From: Asterias rubens
Lineage: Eukaryota
DNA length: 64,000 nt
Reading direction: 5' to 3'
Assembly (NCBI RefSeq): GCF_902459465.1
Contig: NC_047062.1
Coordinates: 24,118,001 to 24,182,000 of the forward strand
The notes below the pieces were generated by a model that was not told the origin of the DNA, did not search any database, and saw only the letters and a list, made by a program, of their open reading frames with translations. The position numbers and the translations under genes are program-made. Shown here one piece after another: positions 35,118-49,401 of the stretch (the first letter of the stretch is position 1; each line of letters begins with the position of its first letter).

Positions 35118-35162
35118 GTGAGTAACGGTTTGAATTTATTCTAAAGTCTGGTTCATATATTA

Positions 35163-35344
35163 AGCCTGGTTCATACTTCCTGCGAATGGGAACGAGATAC
35201 AAATTTTGACGTCACAAATTCGCAACAAATAATTTGTAACAGTTGAACCAGGCTCAACTCCTGCGAAACATTTGCTGCGTAAACAGCCATGTGCCGTCAA
35301 AATTCGCTTTGCGTTCACAATGTGCAGGAAGTATGAATCGGGCT
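35163..35344. mobile_element. MITE with AGCC..TTCATACTTCCTGC TIRs; second copy at 35815-35996
   Basis: Inverted termini and two homologous copies. Confidence 0.7.
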
Positions 35345-36943
35345 GAACTGTTACAATAAAACACATTAAATTATTCTGAAGGAATCTGTTTTATTTGAAA
35401 GCATTTTTAAGAATTATTTTTACATGCCTAAGGCTAGCACGCCCTTCTTTTCTCACTCTCGGACTCGAGAGAGACAGGCAAGGCTTGGCTTCCTACGCAT
35501 GAGTGATTTCCAGCCCGGCGCGCCGTCTTGAGTAAAACGCAGGCAGGGGCTTTTAGAACTCAAATGATTAATGCACTCATGTGAAAGTCTAGACAAATGT
35601 CATTGAAATTTTGCCTATTTCTGTCTGGTTGGGTAATTAGTATAACTCTTCAGTGGTCTGTATGCTAGACTTATGTAAGAATGAAATTGTGTTGTGGGTA
35701 CTGCAGCGTTATGTTATCAGGAATGTAATGAGGAATGGACTCAAGTTGCATTACATTAAACCTTACTTACATTACTACCTAATGGTTCGCTTCATCTTAT
35801 TGCACAGAGTGTGAAACCCGATTCATACTTCCTGCGAACGCGAATGCGAATGTGATGCAAATTGTGACGTCACAGCTCTGTTGTTGCTGCGAATGTTTTT
35901 TGGGAGTTCAGCTCATCTCAGCTCTCACAAATTGTTGCGAGTTTGTGACCTCACAATTCGCATCACACTTGCGTTCACAGAAGTATGGACTGGGCTTACA
36001 GCTGGTACATTTCTCCTGAATACACTTGGTTAAATACTTGGTTTAGAGTACGTGTACTCTTAGGATGTTCCGAGTGTCACATTTGATTTTGACGCCATGT
36101 ATCTTTGTGATGCATCCAGAATCAATTTTAGCACAGTGTCCGTAAGTGTAAGTGCTTCTCTGACCAATGATGCACAAAACTGTATTCATTGCTAGTTGTG
36201 TAGGGACATGAGTTAAAGAGTGGATAGCTAATGGTTGTTGTCACGTCAAGTGATCGCTAGAGAAAGACTAGTTCAGCTGGGAGGTCTATGTGATTAACTT
36301 TGCTTCGCTTGGGTGCAGTTAGTGTTTAGCCTTGATAGGCAATTAGCCAAATGCATTACATTCAGTTGACCTTGCATCATGGTTAACTATTAAAATTGGA
36401 TGAACAGCAGCTACTACATGAACTTGTAGGAAACTTGTTATATATGTCAAGGGCATTCTGAAAATTAATGTTATAAGTTTGATTAATATGTGTGTATTTC
36501 CTATCAGGGGTTGACAGTGTTAACTCATGTACAAAAAGCTATAACTTTTAAGGTTGTGGGTTCAAATCCCACCCAAGTGATTTGCCTGTGGAATTTCACA
36601 GAACTCGGGAAAGTAATTTATACAGTGCTTAATACAAATTGGTGGAAGGGTCAAAGCAAACTACAGCTGTCAACATTTTTATTATGCAACCCTATTATGA
36701 TGTTGCCCAAGTATACTGTATGATAAGCAATGTACATTTCTACTCTACATGCTTTTGTAGTCTAGAGCAGATGTCTTGACCACTAGACCACCAAGCTCAT
36801 TTGATGATGAGTAGGGCCTCATTAATTATTGCGCACATGTAGGGCAAACTAAATCATTCATGTTTTGTTCTGTATCCTGGTACAATAATTACATTCGTTA
36901 AATTTGTCGGACTCTTTGTTTGTTTGTCTTTTCGTTCCATTAG

Positions 36944-37018
36944 AGCGCAAAGAAGAAGGTCCGAGCTATATTATGGGTGTCGTCGGACGGACTGAGAGTG
37001 GTTGATGAAGACAATAAG
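36944..37018 (+). CDS. numb: numb PTB exon (SAKKKVRAILWVSSDGLRVVDEDNK); not in the ORF track
   Basis: LWVSxDGLRVVDE Numb motif; acceptor ccattag, donor GTAAGG. Confidence 0.96.
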
Positions 37019-37213
37019 GTAAGGACGGCATTTGTAAACCAGATTGTGAGACGGAGAAATCCTCTGAAGTTTTTCAATCTTAAAACCTCAGAATGCTAGA
37101 AGAAGTCTGTAAAGTCCTGTGTAGAGATGGCATTGGAGAACGAGGGAGGGATATCTCAGACAGCCAGACTCATAAAGATTTGACAACCTCATCTACATTG
37201 TACATAAGGTTAA

Positions 37214-37622
37214 AGACATTGGACGCTATTGGTAACTTGTCCAAGACCAGTCTTCTCACTTGGTGTATTTCAACACACATGTATGCATAAAACAACAAAC
37301 CTGTGAAAATTTTAGCTCAATCAGTTGTGAGATAAAAAACACCCTTGTCTCACCATAGAGTAAGGACAGATCTCTGTCCTTACTCTATGGTCTCACGAAG
37401 TTGTGTGCTTTCAGACGCTTGATTTCGAGACCTGAAAATTCTAAATCTGAGTTCTCAAAATCAAATTCGTGGAAAATTACTTCTTTCTCGAAAACTACGC
37501 TACTTCACAGGGAGCCGTTTCTCACAATGTTTCATACTATCAACAGCTCCCTATTACTTGTTACCAATTAAGGTTTTATGCTAATAATTATTTTGAGTAA
37601 TTACCAATAGTGGCCACTGCCT
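37214..37622 (+). mobile_element. MITE family A copy carrying a 38-bp palindromic insertion
   Basis: TTAA on both sides; insertion 37353-37390 flanked by TCTCA. Confidence 0.85.
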
Positions 37623-40353
37623 TTAAGGGGAAACCCTCTTACTGTGTCTAGAGTAAGAGGGATTCCCCTTAACCATGTCAGAGACTAGCCAGCAGGACCA
37701 GTTAGCCAGTCATTTCACTTGTCGCTAAGCCTTTTCAGATGGCCATATTTCCTATTCAATAGGGATGCTTTTCATCGCTGAACCAGCCAGCCGGACAACT
37801 TGGGTAGACTGGTACTGAGGTGTGTCAAAACGGGCACTGAAAGAGTTAAATGACTCCTGTGTGGCTGGCTGGTGGCGTGATGTTGGATAGATTATGTGGT
37901 CTCAGTAAATGATGGCATTTACAATGTAGTACATGTAGGTAGGACAAACTGGAAACTGCAAGAAGATCTGCATGCATGTGGATCCCTTGGGTGCTCAATT
38001 GATGTGAACTAGAGTTGACCGCACTCTCCCCTTAGGTTGTAACTCAATAGTCTGTATTCACTTACCGTACATGTCTTGACATCAAATTTGAATCAGACCT
38101 ATCACACTGAAGCTATGACTGTGTACAAATGTGTAGGCAGTGCAAAATGTACGGCATAGTCAAAATGGAAATCTGCACAAAATCTTTTAAATTAGAAGGA
38201 ATGGTCTCAATGTAGTATTTTATGTTTCGGTCTACTATAATAAAAAATAGTGGCTTCTTAAACTGTCACTTAGTGTCGCCCATGGCGCTTCAGCATTTAT
38301 TATATTTCCCCCTGCAAGGTACATATGACGAGCTTCATTTTGAAGTACATGAGACCTATTCCTTTATATATGTACATAGTGTAGCACCTTGTAATGGTTT
38401 ACAAGGTGCCATGGCGCAATTTTCAACCAATCAAGCTAGGAACATGGGGTCAATCCTCTTCTCTGTACGAAACTGCACTGGGTTCTTCTACGTGCATTAC
38501 ACAACACACAAGACCTACGGCTTTAAGTCACATCCTAAGGACGCAGCAATACAGGGTTAAGTGCTCAAGGACACTTAAAGTGTCATGACCGGGACTCGAA
38601 CCCACACTCTGCTGATTGGAAACACCAGAGCTTGAGTCCGGTGCTCTTATCCGCTCTGCCACGTCCCACCATATTACAAGGTAAAGATCATGATGTACCA
38701 ACATGTATATGCATTTATATAAAATACATCAGACAATGCAACTCATGCATCTTACATCCTGATCCCTAAGGCAATTTGGCTCGGCTGGAATCTTACTGAG
38801 TCACTTAGGAACTACTAGATGGCATAATACAACTACAGTACATGTGGTATTATTGTCAGTCAACCTTACCATAACGGCTTCTTTGATGGTTATTTCAAGT
38901 AATAATCCATCCAGTGACAAGCGCGTCAAAACCCGACAGAGCCATGGATTTGTCTTGGAAGTGAATTTGCTGTCAGGCTTGCCTCGGGCCATGCAATTTT
39001 ACTCATTGCCGGGTCTTTTTTATATATTATTATATATTGCTTCAGCAGAAAAGCCCTGTCCATTACAGTATGTAACATGAACATTGTACTTTGTAGCATA
39101 CCATGTATTTTCTAGCTCCGGTATATAAAGAGATTCGGAGTGTAATAGTCAGAAGCATGCTGTCCAATGCTATTAGGAAGTAATAAATTGGTTTATTAAA
39201 TTGAATCCATTACGGAGAGGAACGGAGGAGTGAGAGAGAAGGAGAGGAAGGGGAGAGACAGAGAAGAGTTAAAACCTAATGTGTGTTGTCTTGTGACTGC
39301 TGGCATTTACCGTATAAACAGTCTCCTGACACACTTGCAAACTGCAGACAGTTGCAGACAAATGTTGACGTGGAGGTAGAACGCCATGTCGTGGCTGAAC
39401 AGTTTTGTGCGCTGTTTTGAAATTTGGATGATTGCAGGATGTAGATTTGACTCTCTGCTTGGTGGTTGTGACCTTGAGCTAGAGATACTTTAATATTTAA
39501 CTGCTTTGCCCCTCAGGTGAGAAGTCAGGGTACTACATGTGTATTTCAGTTGGCCTGTATGCTTCATTTTTGAAAGGGCAAAAGCACCAAGGCATTTTCT
39601 CCTTGGTAAAGGGCACCTTATGAGGAAATTGTAAATTTCTTCTAGAATCTAGAGTATTTCAAGGGCACCAAGCCAATGACCAGGGGGCATGGAGGCAATC
39701 GCCTTTGTTGCCTCAAGTATCAGGCATGCATCAGTCATACTACGTGTATAAAAAAAGTACATGTAGGGCAATTAAAAGAACCCAGAAGAGAGAACCCATG
39801 TAACTCGATACGTTAAATTTACGGGAAATTCAAGGCCTGGTTTTACCCCTGTAAGTATTATATTTCTTTACTGTGTCACCATGGCGTATCCTGTGTCACA
39901 AGCTTGTTAATATTTCACCTTCAGTCTTGGCATATCTGAAGAACATGTGGTGGCGATCACCAATTGCTGATCAGATGGTATGGGTAATGCAATGCCGCTA
40001 TGAGCAGCTTCATCGCATCGCATCGTACATAATTATCAATTATTGCTACATGGTTGAACACACACCTTTTCAATCATCGTAAAACAAATATGCTGATCAC
40101 CCTCGCTCCTGAAAGTAATAACCAAAGTGTATATACATGTATAGAAGCATTGTAAACTGAATGTCCTTGTATTAATTTGACACTTTGTGTACAAAATGGT
40201 AGTAAAATTGAATGATAATTTAACACATCTCTACAGGGCAAAGTTTCATGGGTCTGCATGGCCTTCGGGTTAGGTTCCAGGCTCTGTCTGCTGATGTTCT
40301 CCAAAAATGCTGGCCGACAGGGGTTTCCACTGCGTACACAGCGCGCGGAGCCC

Positions 40354-40489
40354 AAAGGCCTATTGATAATCGCTGCGACTTTTTCAAAAACAATTACGCA
40401 CTGCGCTTTGTTTACGCACTGCAGACTTTAAAAAACGAGTCTGCGCGATAAGTACGCAGTGAATATGCAGCGAGTATCAACCGGCCTTT
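40354..40489. mobile_element. Short MITE with AAAGGCC..TTGATA.TCGCTGC TIRs
   Basis: About 23-bp imperfect inverted termini. Confidence 0.55.
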
Positions 40490-41477
40490 AGTCTAAAGTG
40501 GCGCCCAAGCCAAGGTTTGAGAAAGGCCCCAGGTGTATGGCGCGATACTTATTAAAAGCGGAAAATAAGGCAGTGTTGGCTCAAGTGACTTTCGCTACGG
40601 CTATGGCTACAGTGGCATCACAATGCTGAGCCATAGCCACTGCTGAAATCAATTTCATTCTGATACGGAAGTCTTTTGAATTGGTTTAGAGAGTAGTGCA
40701 GCACAGTACATCATGCAGGCATTGTCACATTAACATAAAGCCGCATATGAAACTAAATAATTGTATGCTAACATGTGTTTTTAAAAGGTGTTTTTAAGTT
40801 TTATTATAATTTGTTGCACATTGTGCGAAAGCAACATGGTATGGCATGATAGAAAATATTAATTTGCATAATATGATAACTTGATGACACCTTATACATA
40901 CAATGTTCGCAAGGGTCCCTATGAGGCAAGGTGCACTTTCTTATAATTCCTGTCGGGCATCTTGCTGTATGCAGCATCGAGCATGTCTAGGGAATTGCCA
41001 CAGGAAAACATCTATGATTGCCAATTACAAAGCAGCAGGCACAACAAAATTGTGCAGACGGTTTGAGGTACGTGTACATGTAGCATTTTACCTTAAAACC
41101 AAGAACCACTCTGGAATGACTTTGCACCATTTGAATTTCAAAAACTTGAATTTGAAAATAATAATTTGAATGTAATTCGGATGTATTAGCGTATTGAACA
41201 CGCCCCTTTTTCAGGTTAACTTGCATTTATGCAATATCAAAAAAAATATGATGTGCATGTGTTCCGATGAACATGTTCGTATATATTGCAATGTCATAAT
41301 GCCTACTACATGTACAAGCTCCTATTGAAATTTGCGCAATTGTAAATATTTGAATGTACTTCAGACACACATAGCAATTGAACACGCCCCTTCTGTACAA
41401 AATACAATGTGCATTCGTACACTGTATATGTTCCAATTTAGGGTATGCATAGCAACGTCATATTGCCTTTACTTTAA

Positions 41478-41822
41478 AGCCATTGGACACTTTCGGTAAA
41501 CAGTAATGTCCAAGGCCCACACTTTGTGTATCACAACTTCTATATCAAATAACAAACCTGTGAAAATTTAGGTTCAATCGGTCATCGGAGTCGGGAGAAA
41601 ATAAAGGGAAAGCTCACCCTTGTTTCCGCACGTTTCGCCGTGTCATGACATGTGTTTAAAATAAATGCGTTATTCTCGAAATCGAGAATTGATGTTGTTT
41701 TTATGTTTTCTCAAAAAGTAAAGCATTTCATGGAATAGTATTTCAAGAGAAGTCTCCCTGTAAGTTATTTGTAAATCTGTGAACTTTTAATTTTTTTTCT
41801 GTACCGAAAGTGTCCAATGGCT
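41478..41822 (+). mobile_element. Kolobok-like MITE, distant relative of family A (TIR AGCCATTGGACACTTTCGGTA)
   Basis: 21-bp TIRs; TTAA on both sides; shared AATAACAAACCTGTGAAAATTT block. Confidence 0.85.
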
Positions 41823-44800
41823 TTAAGCTAACATCGCTTGCAGTAGCAATATTCCTCCTAAATGTTGTTTTGTTTTGGATTGGAAAACGAGACTAATAAA
41901 TTGTGCATATATATCGTACAAATTCAACCACATTAATGGTATTGATTTGCCTGTATTGCATTGCACAGTCTCTTGTTCTAACGACCAGTCAGTTTTGATC
42001 ATGTATTCAATATTGGACATCTGGATTGGATGACTGAATCGTGATTCCTTGCATCAAAGCCTAAACCTTGGAAAGCAAATCCCCGCCTCCCGGTAAAATG
42101 TCACATTGAATAGGGTATTACAGACTAAATACCCCCATTCAACAATATATGCACAAATTCTTTAACATTTTTGTATGTGGGTCTTATGGATTTTTCATCG
42201 TGGGAATTTTGTTTCCCACTTTGATTTTCAAAGAAAGCTTTCTGATAGAGAAAGTAAATAAAGCTACTATGGATTTAAGTTATGGACAATACACGTCTTT
42301 TGTCGTGGAATTCCGCATTGAGTTGAATCTTGTTTTGATTAGCATGGCTGGCTGATGACGCAAATTATCAATGAGGTTTTTTTCCTCGCACGTACTTTGA
42401 GCGTGCTATGTGTACATCACAGACTACTGCCTGCTGTAGATAGAGCTGGGGTGTTTTCAACAGTAAAACAATTAGCCAATGCAATTTTTCTCTGGCAGAA
42501 TGAGTAATTAATATGATTGGGGTGTGGTTGCTCTTCGCAATACATTACGTGAACATTGATCTTGGTCCTGCTTTGTACGTTCAATAATAGGAAGGGTGTG
42601 GCACCTTGTTAATTGCATGATGTACAATGTAGGAACACACCCCTACCTGTAATACCTTGATAGGGGTGTGGCAGCTATTTTTGTGCGTTTGTCATCGCTC
42701 AGGACTATAGGTCGTCAGTGCAGTTTGTGTTTATTTCATCAACTTGCTAATTGCATATTTTTGAGCTCCTGACAAATGGAGGTTATTGGTCAAGAGTAGT
42801 CTCCAAAATGGCAAAAAGAAACATTTGGTTTCAAAGAAATTACATTGAACTCTGGATTTTGATTATTTTTGTTGTCAAACTTATACACGTTTTTCACTTA
42901 TAAACCTTTATTGCGTGTATAAAGTTTCAATGAATGACTTAGTAGCACTGACTGAGCAGATGACGTGTGGTATCTTAAGGCAATTGCTTTATCAATACGT
43001 TGGCAAGCAAAGACAATGTTCCATAAGTGTGAAATTTGCGTCAGGGCTAAAGAACATTGTGTGAATGTCTTTTCATAATTTTAATCACAGCATCATCATG
43101 AACTTACTGCTCTCTAGGTACATGTACTAGATTTTGTAAGCGAAGACTTTCCCTGTGTTAAAACTCATACCATCTTTACATACATGTTTTATTTAATGTA
43201 GTGACATGTGTAAGCTAAGCTTACACTACAATGGGGGATTCTCCCTTTTAATCGAAAAATAGAGCCGACCGCCTGATGAAGGACAGTGCCAATTACACAC
43301 ATCGACACACACCTTCAGAGCATGACCGTCCTGAAAGAGAGGGAAAACAAACCAATAATTGCAGGCCATAAGTCTTTCACAGGGTCGTCCATTAGCAGTG
43401 TTCAACTAAACATTGAAGTTCCCATGGTAACCTGGCAACCAGTTGGATGAGAACAGCATGAGGAGAGACTTCGTCGTCGTAGGATGGGATCCTTGAGGCT
43501 TGAGGCTGGGATGATTTATCTCATTGGCGGTTTACACTGAATTATAAATAATGTACCTTGGGTAATTGTGCAATTGAATCTTGAAGATGGACTGCGGGAT
43601 TGATAATTTATTGAAGTGAAAAAAAAAAAGATTATTTTTTCCTTAATTGTACAATAATATGAGCACTTCAGAGAATCAATGTATATTTGGTTTGCGGTAA
43701 CACCATGTGTGTGTCGACTTGCCAGGTAGAGTTGTTCTTGAAGAACTGTCTTGCTTTTTTCTACTGCCGTGGAGTAGATAATCGGAGGTTCGGGAGACTT
43801 CTCATGTCTGAAGAGAACTGTCCTGCTTCAGAAAATCAGACAGTCACACAATTTTATTTTTGGCATGTGCTATAAGGGTCGTTGTGGACTGCTGTGTATG
43901 GTGTGGTTTGTTCAGTACAGCTTGTTTACCACCCTGACACATGCCTGAGTCACTGATATTAAATTGTGAGCTTAGTCTAGGGTTCAATTTGTTGTATCTT
44001 AATTTTAAATTGTAATGCTACTCGGATATTATAAATGCATAGTGGGCTTAAGGGATTGCTAGGTCCAGAGTAGAAATGAGAGAATGGTAAAAGCATTTAC
44101 CAGATCCCAATTCTGAAGGAAGTACATGTATGTGTAGGGGTACTTGATTTTAAATCCACGCTGATAAAATTAAGTTGATAGTAGTGTAGAATATCAGCCT
44201 AGCCAGGTAATTTATGAATTTATGAAGAATCTTCTTAAGAGACGATGTCCGCACAGGAAGTCAACTTAAGTATGTTTGAATAACAACTGCCAATTCAAAT
44301 AAATTTACTGAGATACATTTGCATGCTCAGTGGCATAACCAGAGGGTGGGAAGGGTCCCCCCCCCCCCCAAAAAAAGGGGGGATAAAGTATTTTCTCCCA
44401 CTTGCCCCCACCCCAATATGAAAATGTCTGGCTGTTTCACTGCTTAAGTGTATCTATGTTTCTTGCAGTAGAATCCAACCAATTGGAGGTTTCTTCTTTG
44501 CACTGAACAGAGTAAAGAGACGTCTATGGATTGATTGATTTCTCTACACAAGTAGTTGGGTTTTTTTCTGGGCATCAACTGTAAATTTAAAAGTAAACAG
44601 AACTAGGCCTGACTGCAAGCGCTCTGCACCAGAGCAGTTTGCACTATATAGTCACCATACTCTACTTGCATGGTTAGCGCCAGACTTCTGCTTTTTCTCA
44701 TTGAAGAATGTTATATACATGTAGTAATGTGAGTGATCACATACATGTACAATGTACACTGGCAAAAAGTCTTGACAAACAATGTACATTTATACTCTGT

Positions 44801-45600
44801 CTTGATTTTGCCACCATACATGTTTACATTATGTCAGGTCTGTATGCTTCATTTTTTGAAAGGGCAGAGCATCATGGAACTTTCTTCTTGGTAAAGGACA
44901 CCCTATGAGGAAATAGGGCATTTCTAGGGCAACAAGACAATGACCAGGGGGCATGGAGGCAATCGCCTTTGTTGCCTCCGTGAAGTGTCTTACACTCTCT
45001 CAAAGGTGCTCAGAACTCAATGGTGACCTTTTCATCGCGAGACTTACACATCTACTGGGCTTCATTGGGTCACCATAACACACGCACTTGCGTACAGATT
45101 TAACACATACTGATACTTTTTATGGCTGTTCAATGGCTTAAGTTTTACAGTGTACACGTATCCAAGTTCTTTCTACCAAAAAATTTGATATAAAAAATCG
45201 GCATTGAGCTGGATTTAATAATGTTACAACAGCCTGAGCAAGTCCCCTAACTGGCGCTTGATTTGCTGCCTCTTGTACGCTAAATGGAAGGCCAAGCAGC
45301 TGGTCATCCGGGAAGCAAAGGAATGCCTGAAGGTGAATTTGAAGCGTTAGGGGGGAAGCGACGAGGGGGAGATGAGCATTCTCCTTCCTCCCACCAGTCC
45401 TACTAGTGGCCAGCCTGAGAGAGAGATCTGTGTTTAGTTATTATAATTGAGGCTTGTGAACAAGTGTCTGTTATGGCTGGATATTGATCAGGCTTGCTAT
45501 GGAATTGTAATCAGCCGGGGCCGTAGGGGAGGAAGTTGAAGAAGGTTTGGGAGGACACTCAAGCTGTTTTACATCACACCTACGTATATTCACGCATGTA

Positions 45601-46151
45601 GGCCTATAGATCTTACATGGTTGTCGGTTTGTAATATTACACAAAAATTGAACAAAACAACCTCCAGCATAGCGGGTTGTGCTAAAGATTCTGGCAATAT
45701 ACGTTTGCAATATGCATACATTGGCTTATATTAGTGGAATTTATTTGATACATGTGTTGAGTTTTTTAACTGCAAAGGTCACAACTTTTTAAGCTTGAAA
45801 AGGCCTATAAGTCTTACATGTTTGTAATAACTCAAAAATTCTACAAAACAACCTCAAGCATAGCGGGTTGTGCTAAAGATTCTGGCAATATACGTTTACA
45901 ATATGCATACATTGGCTTATATAAATGGATTTTATTTGATACATGTGTTGAATTTTTAAGCTTGAAAAGGCCTATAAGTCTTACATGTTTGTTGGTTTGT
46001 AATAACTCAAAAATTCTACAAAACAACCTCCAGCATGGCAGGTTGTGCTAAAGGTTCTGGCGATATATGCAATAAACATACATTGGCTTTTATTTGATAC
46101 ATGTGTTGAATTTTTTTACCGGAAAGGTCACAACAATTTTAAACTTGAAAA
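45601..46151 (+). repeat. Three degenerate tandem copies of a 167-201 bp unit
   Basis: Units begin GGCCTATA at 45601, 45802 and 45969. Confidence 0.88.
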
Positions 46152-46781
46152 GGCACTGACAATGAGAAATTTCTACTGGCTCGTCGTTAAAGGGCACCTC
46201 ATTGAAAACAAGGTCGACGAGCACCAATTGTAGTTTCTATGAAGGTTTATTTATTCACTGTATGTGTAGTGTGTACTAAGGGCATCACCTTTTTTAGCAC
46301 ACTGCTGTATTGTTTACATGTACATGTAGTGCAATACAGAATTCACACTTTCCTTTCCTTAAACACGCATGTTTGCTGTTGATCAATACAGAAATGTACC
46401 AGCAAATTTTCCGACGGCCCTTTGTTTTTGATGACCTTTCACTGAACCATATACATGACGGCCAACTTGTAGGCCTACATGTACACTACTAAGGAGGACT
46501 TCAATTTGTTTTCCCAGATGGTACATTACATTACATTGTAATGTTCATTGTTCATTCTGCCTGTCCTAATATTTGCTGTACTGTTTAATAACACTGCAAT
46601 TAAAAAAGCAGAAAGTGCGTAGTTTTGTTTCTTTTGGGGGTTAATTATATCAGGTCTTTGGATTGATCATGTACATGTTCCACATGAACTTTTAGTTTCA
46701 GTGTATGGTACAATCCTAGTACAACATGGAAACTAAAATATACTCCACTGAGGTCCTTTTTGAAACCACGCTCTGTTTTAA

Positions 46782-47167
46782 AGGAACACGTTGCCTTGGA
46801 TCGGTCGAGTTGGTCTTTGAAAAGTGCCCTGTAACCGTTTGTTATAACATCGATATGGTTAGAAAGATATTGTAAAAGTAGAATAAAATGATCTACACAA
46901 ATATGCCTTGAAATTGCGTGGTTTTCGTTTAACTCGTTGACAAACACGGTCGGCCATTTATGGGAGTCAAAACTTTGACTCCCATAAATGGCCGACCGTG
47001 TTAGTTCGCGACGTAAAATGAAAACCGTGCAATTTTGAGTGATACTAATAGGTGTGGATCATTATATTCTACTTTTAAAATATCTTTCTAACCATATGCA
47101 TTTCATAACAAACTGTTTCAAACGCTTTTCTTAGACCAACTCGTCCGATCCAAGGCAACGTGTTCCT
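46782..47167. mobile_element. Kolobok-like MITE family D (TIR AGGAACACGTTGCCTTGGATCGG.CGAGTTGGTC) with a perfect 29-bp-arm central palindrome
   Basis: TTAA on both sides; arms at 46943-46971 and 46974-47002. Confidence 0.88.
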
Positions 47168-47171
47168 TTAA

Positions 47172-47514
47172 AGACACTGGACACTCTTGGTAATTGTCAA
47201 AGACCAGTCTTCTCACTTGGTGTATCTCAGCAAAGGCATAAAAAAAAACCTGTGAAAATTTGAGCTCAATTGGGTCGTCGGAGTTGCGAGATAACTATGA
47301 AAGAAAAAAAACACCCTTGTCACACGAAGTTGTGTGCTTTGAGATGCTTGATTTCGAGACCTCAAATTCTAATTCTTTCTTGAAAACTACGTCACTTCAG
47401 AGGGAGCTGTTTCTCACAAAATTTTATTCTATCATTCTGTCCCCATTACTCGTAATCAAGAAAGGTTTTCTAATAAGAATTATTTTGAGTAACTACCAAT
47501 AGTGTCCACTGCCT
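47172..47514 (+). mobile_element. MITE family A copy with the right hairpin arm deleted
   Basis: Shares TTAA 47168-47171 with the family D element; TTAA at the right end. Confidence 0.85.
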
Positions 47515-48491
47515 TTAAAAGGAAATGTTAAAACCACAGCTTGAAACTCTGTTCTGAAAGGACACAATTTTCAAAATGACTGATGGAGCCTAAGCTGGAA
47601 CTTAAGCTGATGTCATGGTTTTGAAACAGGCTGAACAAATACTTAAAGGTGATTTACATACGTATGAAGTAAAGACCTGGGACTTTTTTTCAAACCTTGG
47701 CTAAGGGCCCTGTCACACGAGGCAACTTTTACAGGCAACTTAGAGGCAACAAACTGCAGTGCATGCTATGGGATCACTTTGGAAGCATATGAATCATTTT
47801 TCAAACAGTTACGATCCCCAAGAAAAATATGTGAACATTCAAATGTGAACACCTTTTGTTCATGAATATTGCCTGGAAATGGCTGTCTGTCATTTACCTT
47901 GTGTGACATAAGCCTTTGGATTCGGTTCCAGGGGCCAATTTCATAGAGCTGCTTAAGCAAAAAATATGCTTAAGCACGAATATAGCTCGCTTATTTTTCA
48001 CATGTTACTGGCAAAAATTTCATGCCATATACATTGCTTGTGACTGGTGTTTAGCTGTTGTTAACTTAGCATAACAATTAAGTGGAGTCTTGGCCGGTAA
48101 TCTGATTTTACTAAGCAAAGATTTTTTGCTTAAGCAAAATTTTGTGCTTAAGCAGCTCTATGAAATTGGGCCAGGCTCCAGTTCATGTTGAAACACCCAA
48201 TGCAAGTGGAGCGTTTTCGTGACTGTAACCATGACGCTTACCTGTGTCCAATAACTGTTTCGGTCATTGGCCAGTGATTAACCAATTGGCAAGTTCAACC
48301 GAAACAGTTGTTGATTATGACCGCAAAACTGCACCCCTGATGTCACTGCGCCAAAATTGATGACGAAGCCCCAAGCCAAGGTTTGGAAAAGGCTCCAAGA
48401 ATAGTACATGTATGTGAATATTTATTGCCATGGACCCCGATGATTAACTGAAAACTAACGTTCCTGTTTTTGTTTTCAATTTGGATTACAG

Positions 48492-48632
48492 GGATTGATT
48501 GTGGACCAAACTATTGAGAAGGTTTCTTTCTGTGCGCCGGATAGACACAACGATAAAGGCTTCTCCTATATCTGCCGAGATGGAACGACCAGACGATGGC
48601 TGTGTCATTGTTTTCATTCTTTACGTGAGCCT
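48492..48632 (+). CDS. numb: numb PTB exon ([47 protein letters not shown])
   Basis: Near-identical to the Numb PTB core; canonical splice sites; phase 0. Confidence 0.98.
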
Positions 48633-49401
48633 GTGAGTGCTTTGCAAGAATACATTATATTGCTGCATTGGTGTATTTCTCATGCATTATACATGAACGC
48701 AAACTGTAAATGTATACATACATGTAAAGTACATGTACCTGTAAACATTTTATTCAAAGAACAATTGCTTGTAATTTCAAATGCCTAGAGTTTCTTGTCA
48801 ACTGTGACCACTACGAGACAGGCTTTACCGAGGGTGTACATGTACATGTACGCGCACTGTAAGACTCATAGCACTCCACACTAATGATGTCAATTTTGCT
48901 CAAAATACCCGTATGTCAGACATACATTCTACCACCTAGCTCTCACGCGATCACCACATCGGCGCGTCAGACCGCAGTAATACGGTCAGCACACAAGAGT
49001 AAACATAAAGCTTGGACGTGTGCGCTCTTTGTCCAATAGTGAATTCGGACACGTTTAAGGTTTAGGAACTGAGCTTCTATTGTTGGCATTAGTGCGGGTT
49101 TTTATTGAACGCAAGGGTACAGTGGTTGCATTTATCTGTAGTGATTACAGTAGGATGCTCCTACATGTAATGTAGCAGTCTAGCCACGCTACACATAAAC
49201 TTAAACTTAATTATCCAGTCAGTAGAATCTATTTTAGGAAATCATTATCAGAATTGAATTCCCTTCCTTACAGCAATTTGACTGTAGGTACTTTATTAGA
49301 AGTAAAAGCCTAGAAGACTTGAGAGTGGACTCCTGCGACACGCATCGTAGACCCTGATGTTGTGGGCTAATCAAGCAAACCTAATTGTTTTAATTCCGTA
49401 G

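Noticed and set aside
35118-36943. Equivalent of the vertebrate 33-nt PTB-insert microexon
   Set aside because: I found no convincing phase-0 microexon by eye. The GC-richer patch at about 35440-35550 has no clear splice sites, although a very short microexon cannot be excluded without RNA-seq.
39386-39520. Short ORF MSWLNSFVRCF... after a GA-rich tract as an internal numb first exon
   Set aside because: It stops before the nearby donor and shows no homology.
43322-43540. Two in-frame peptides separated by TGA (MTVLKERE...VG*EQHEERLRRRRMGSL...) as read-through or a selenoprotein
   Set aside because: There is no recognisable family, SECIS element or splice context.
45284-45410. Short ORF with GGKRRGG resembling a neuropeptide cleavage site
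   Set aside because: It has no signal peptide or exon boundaries and is only about 41 codons.
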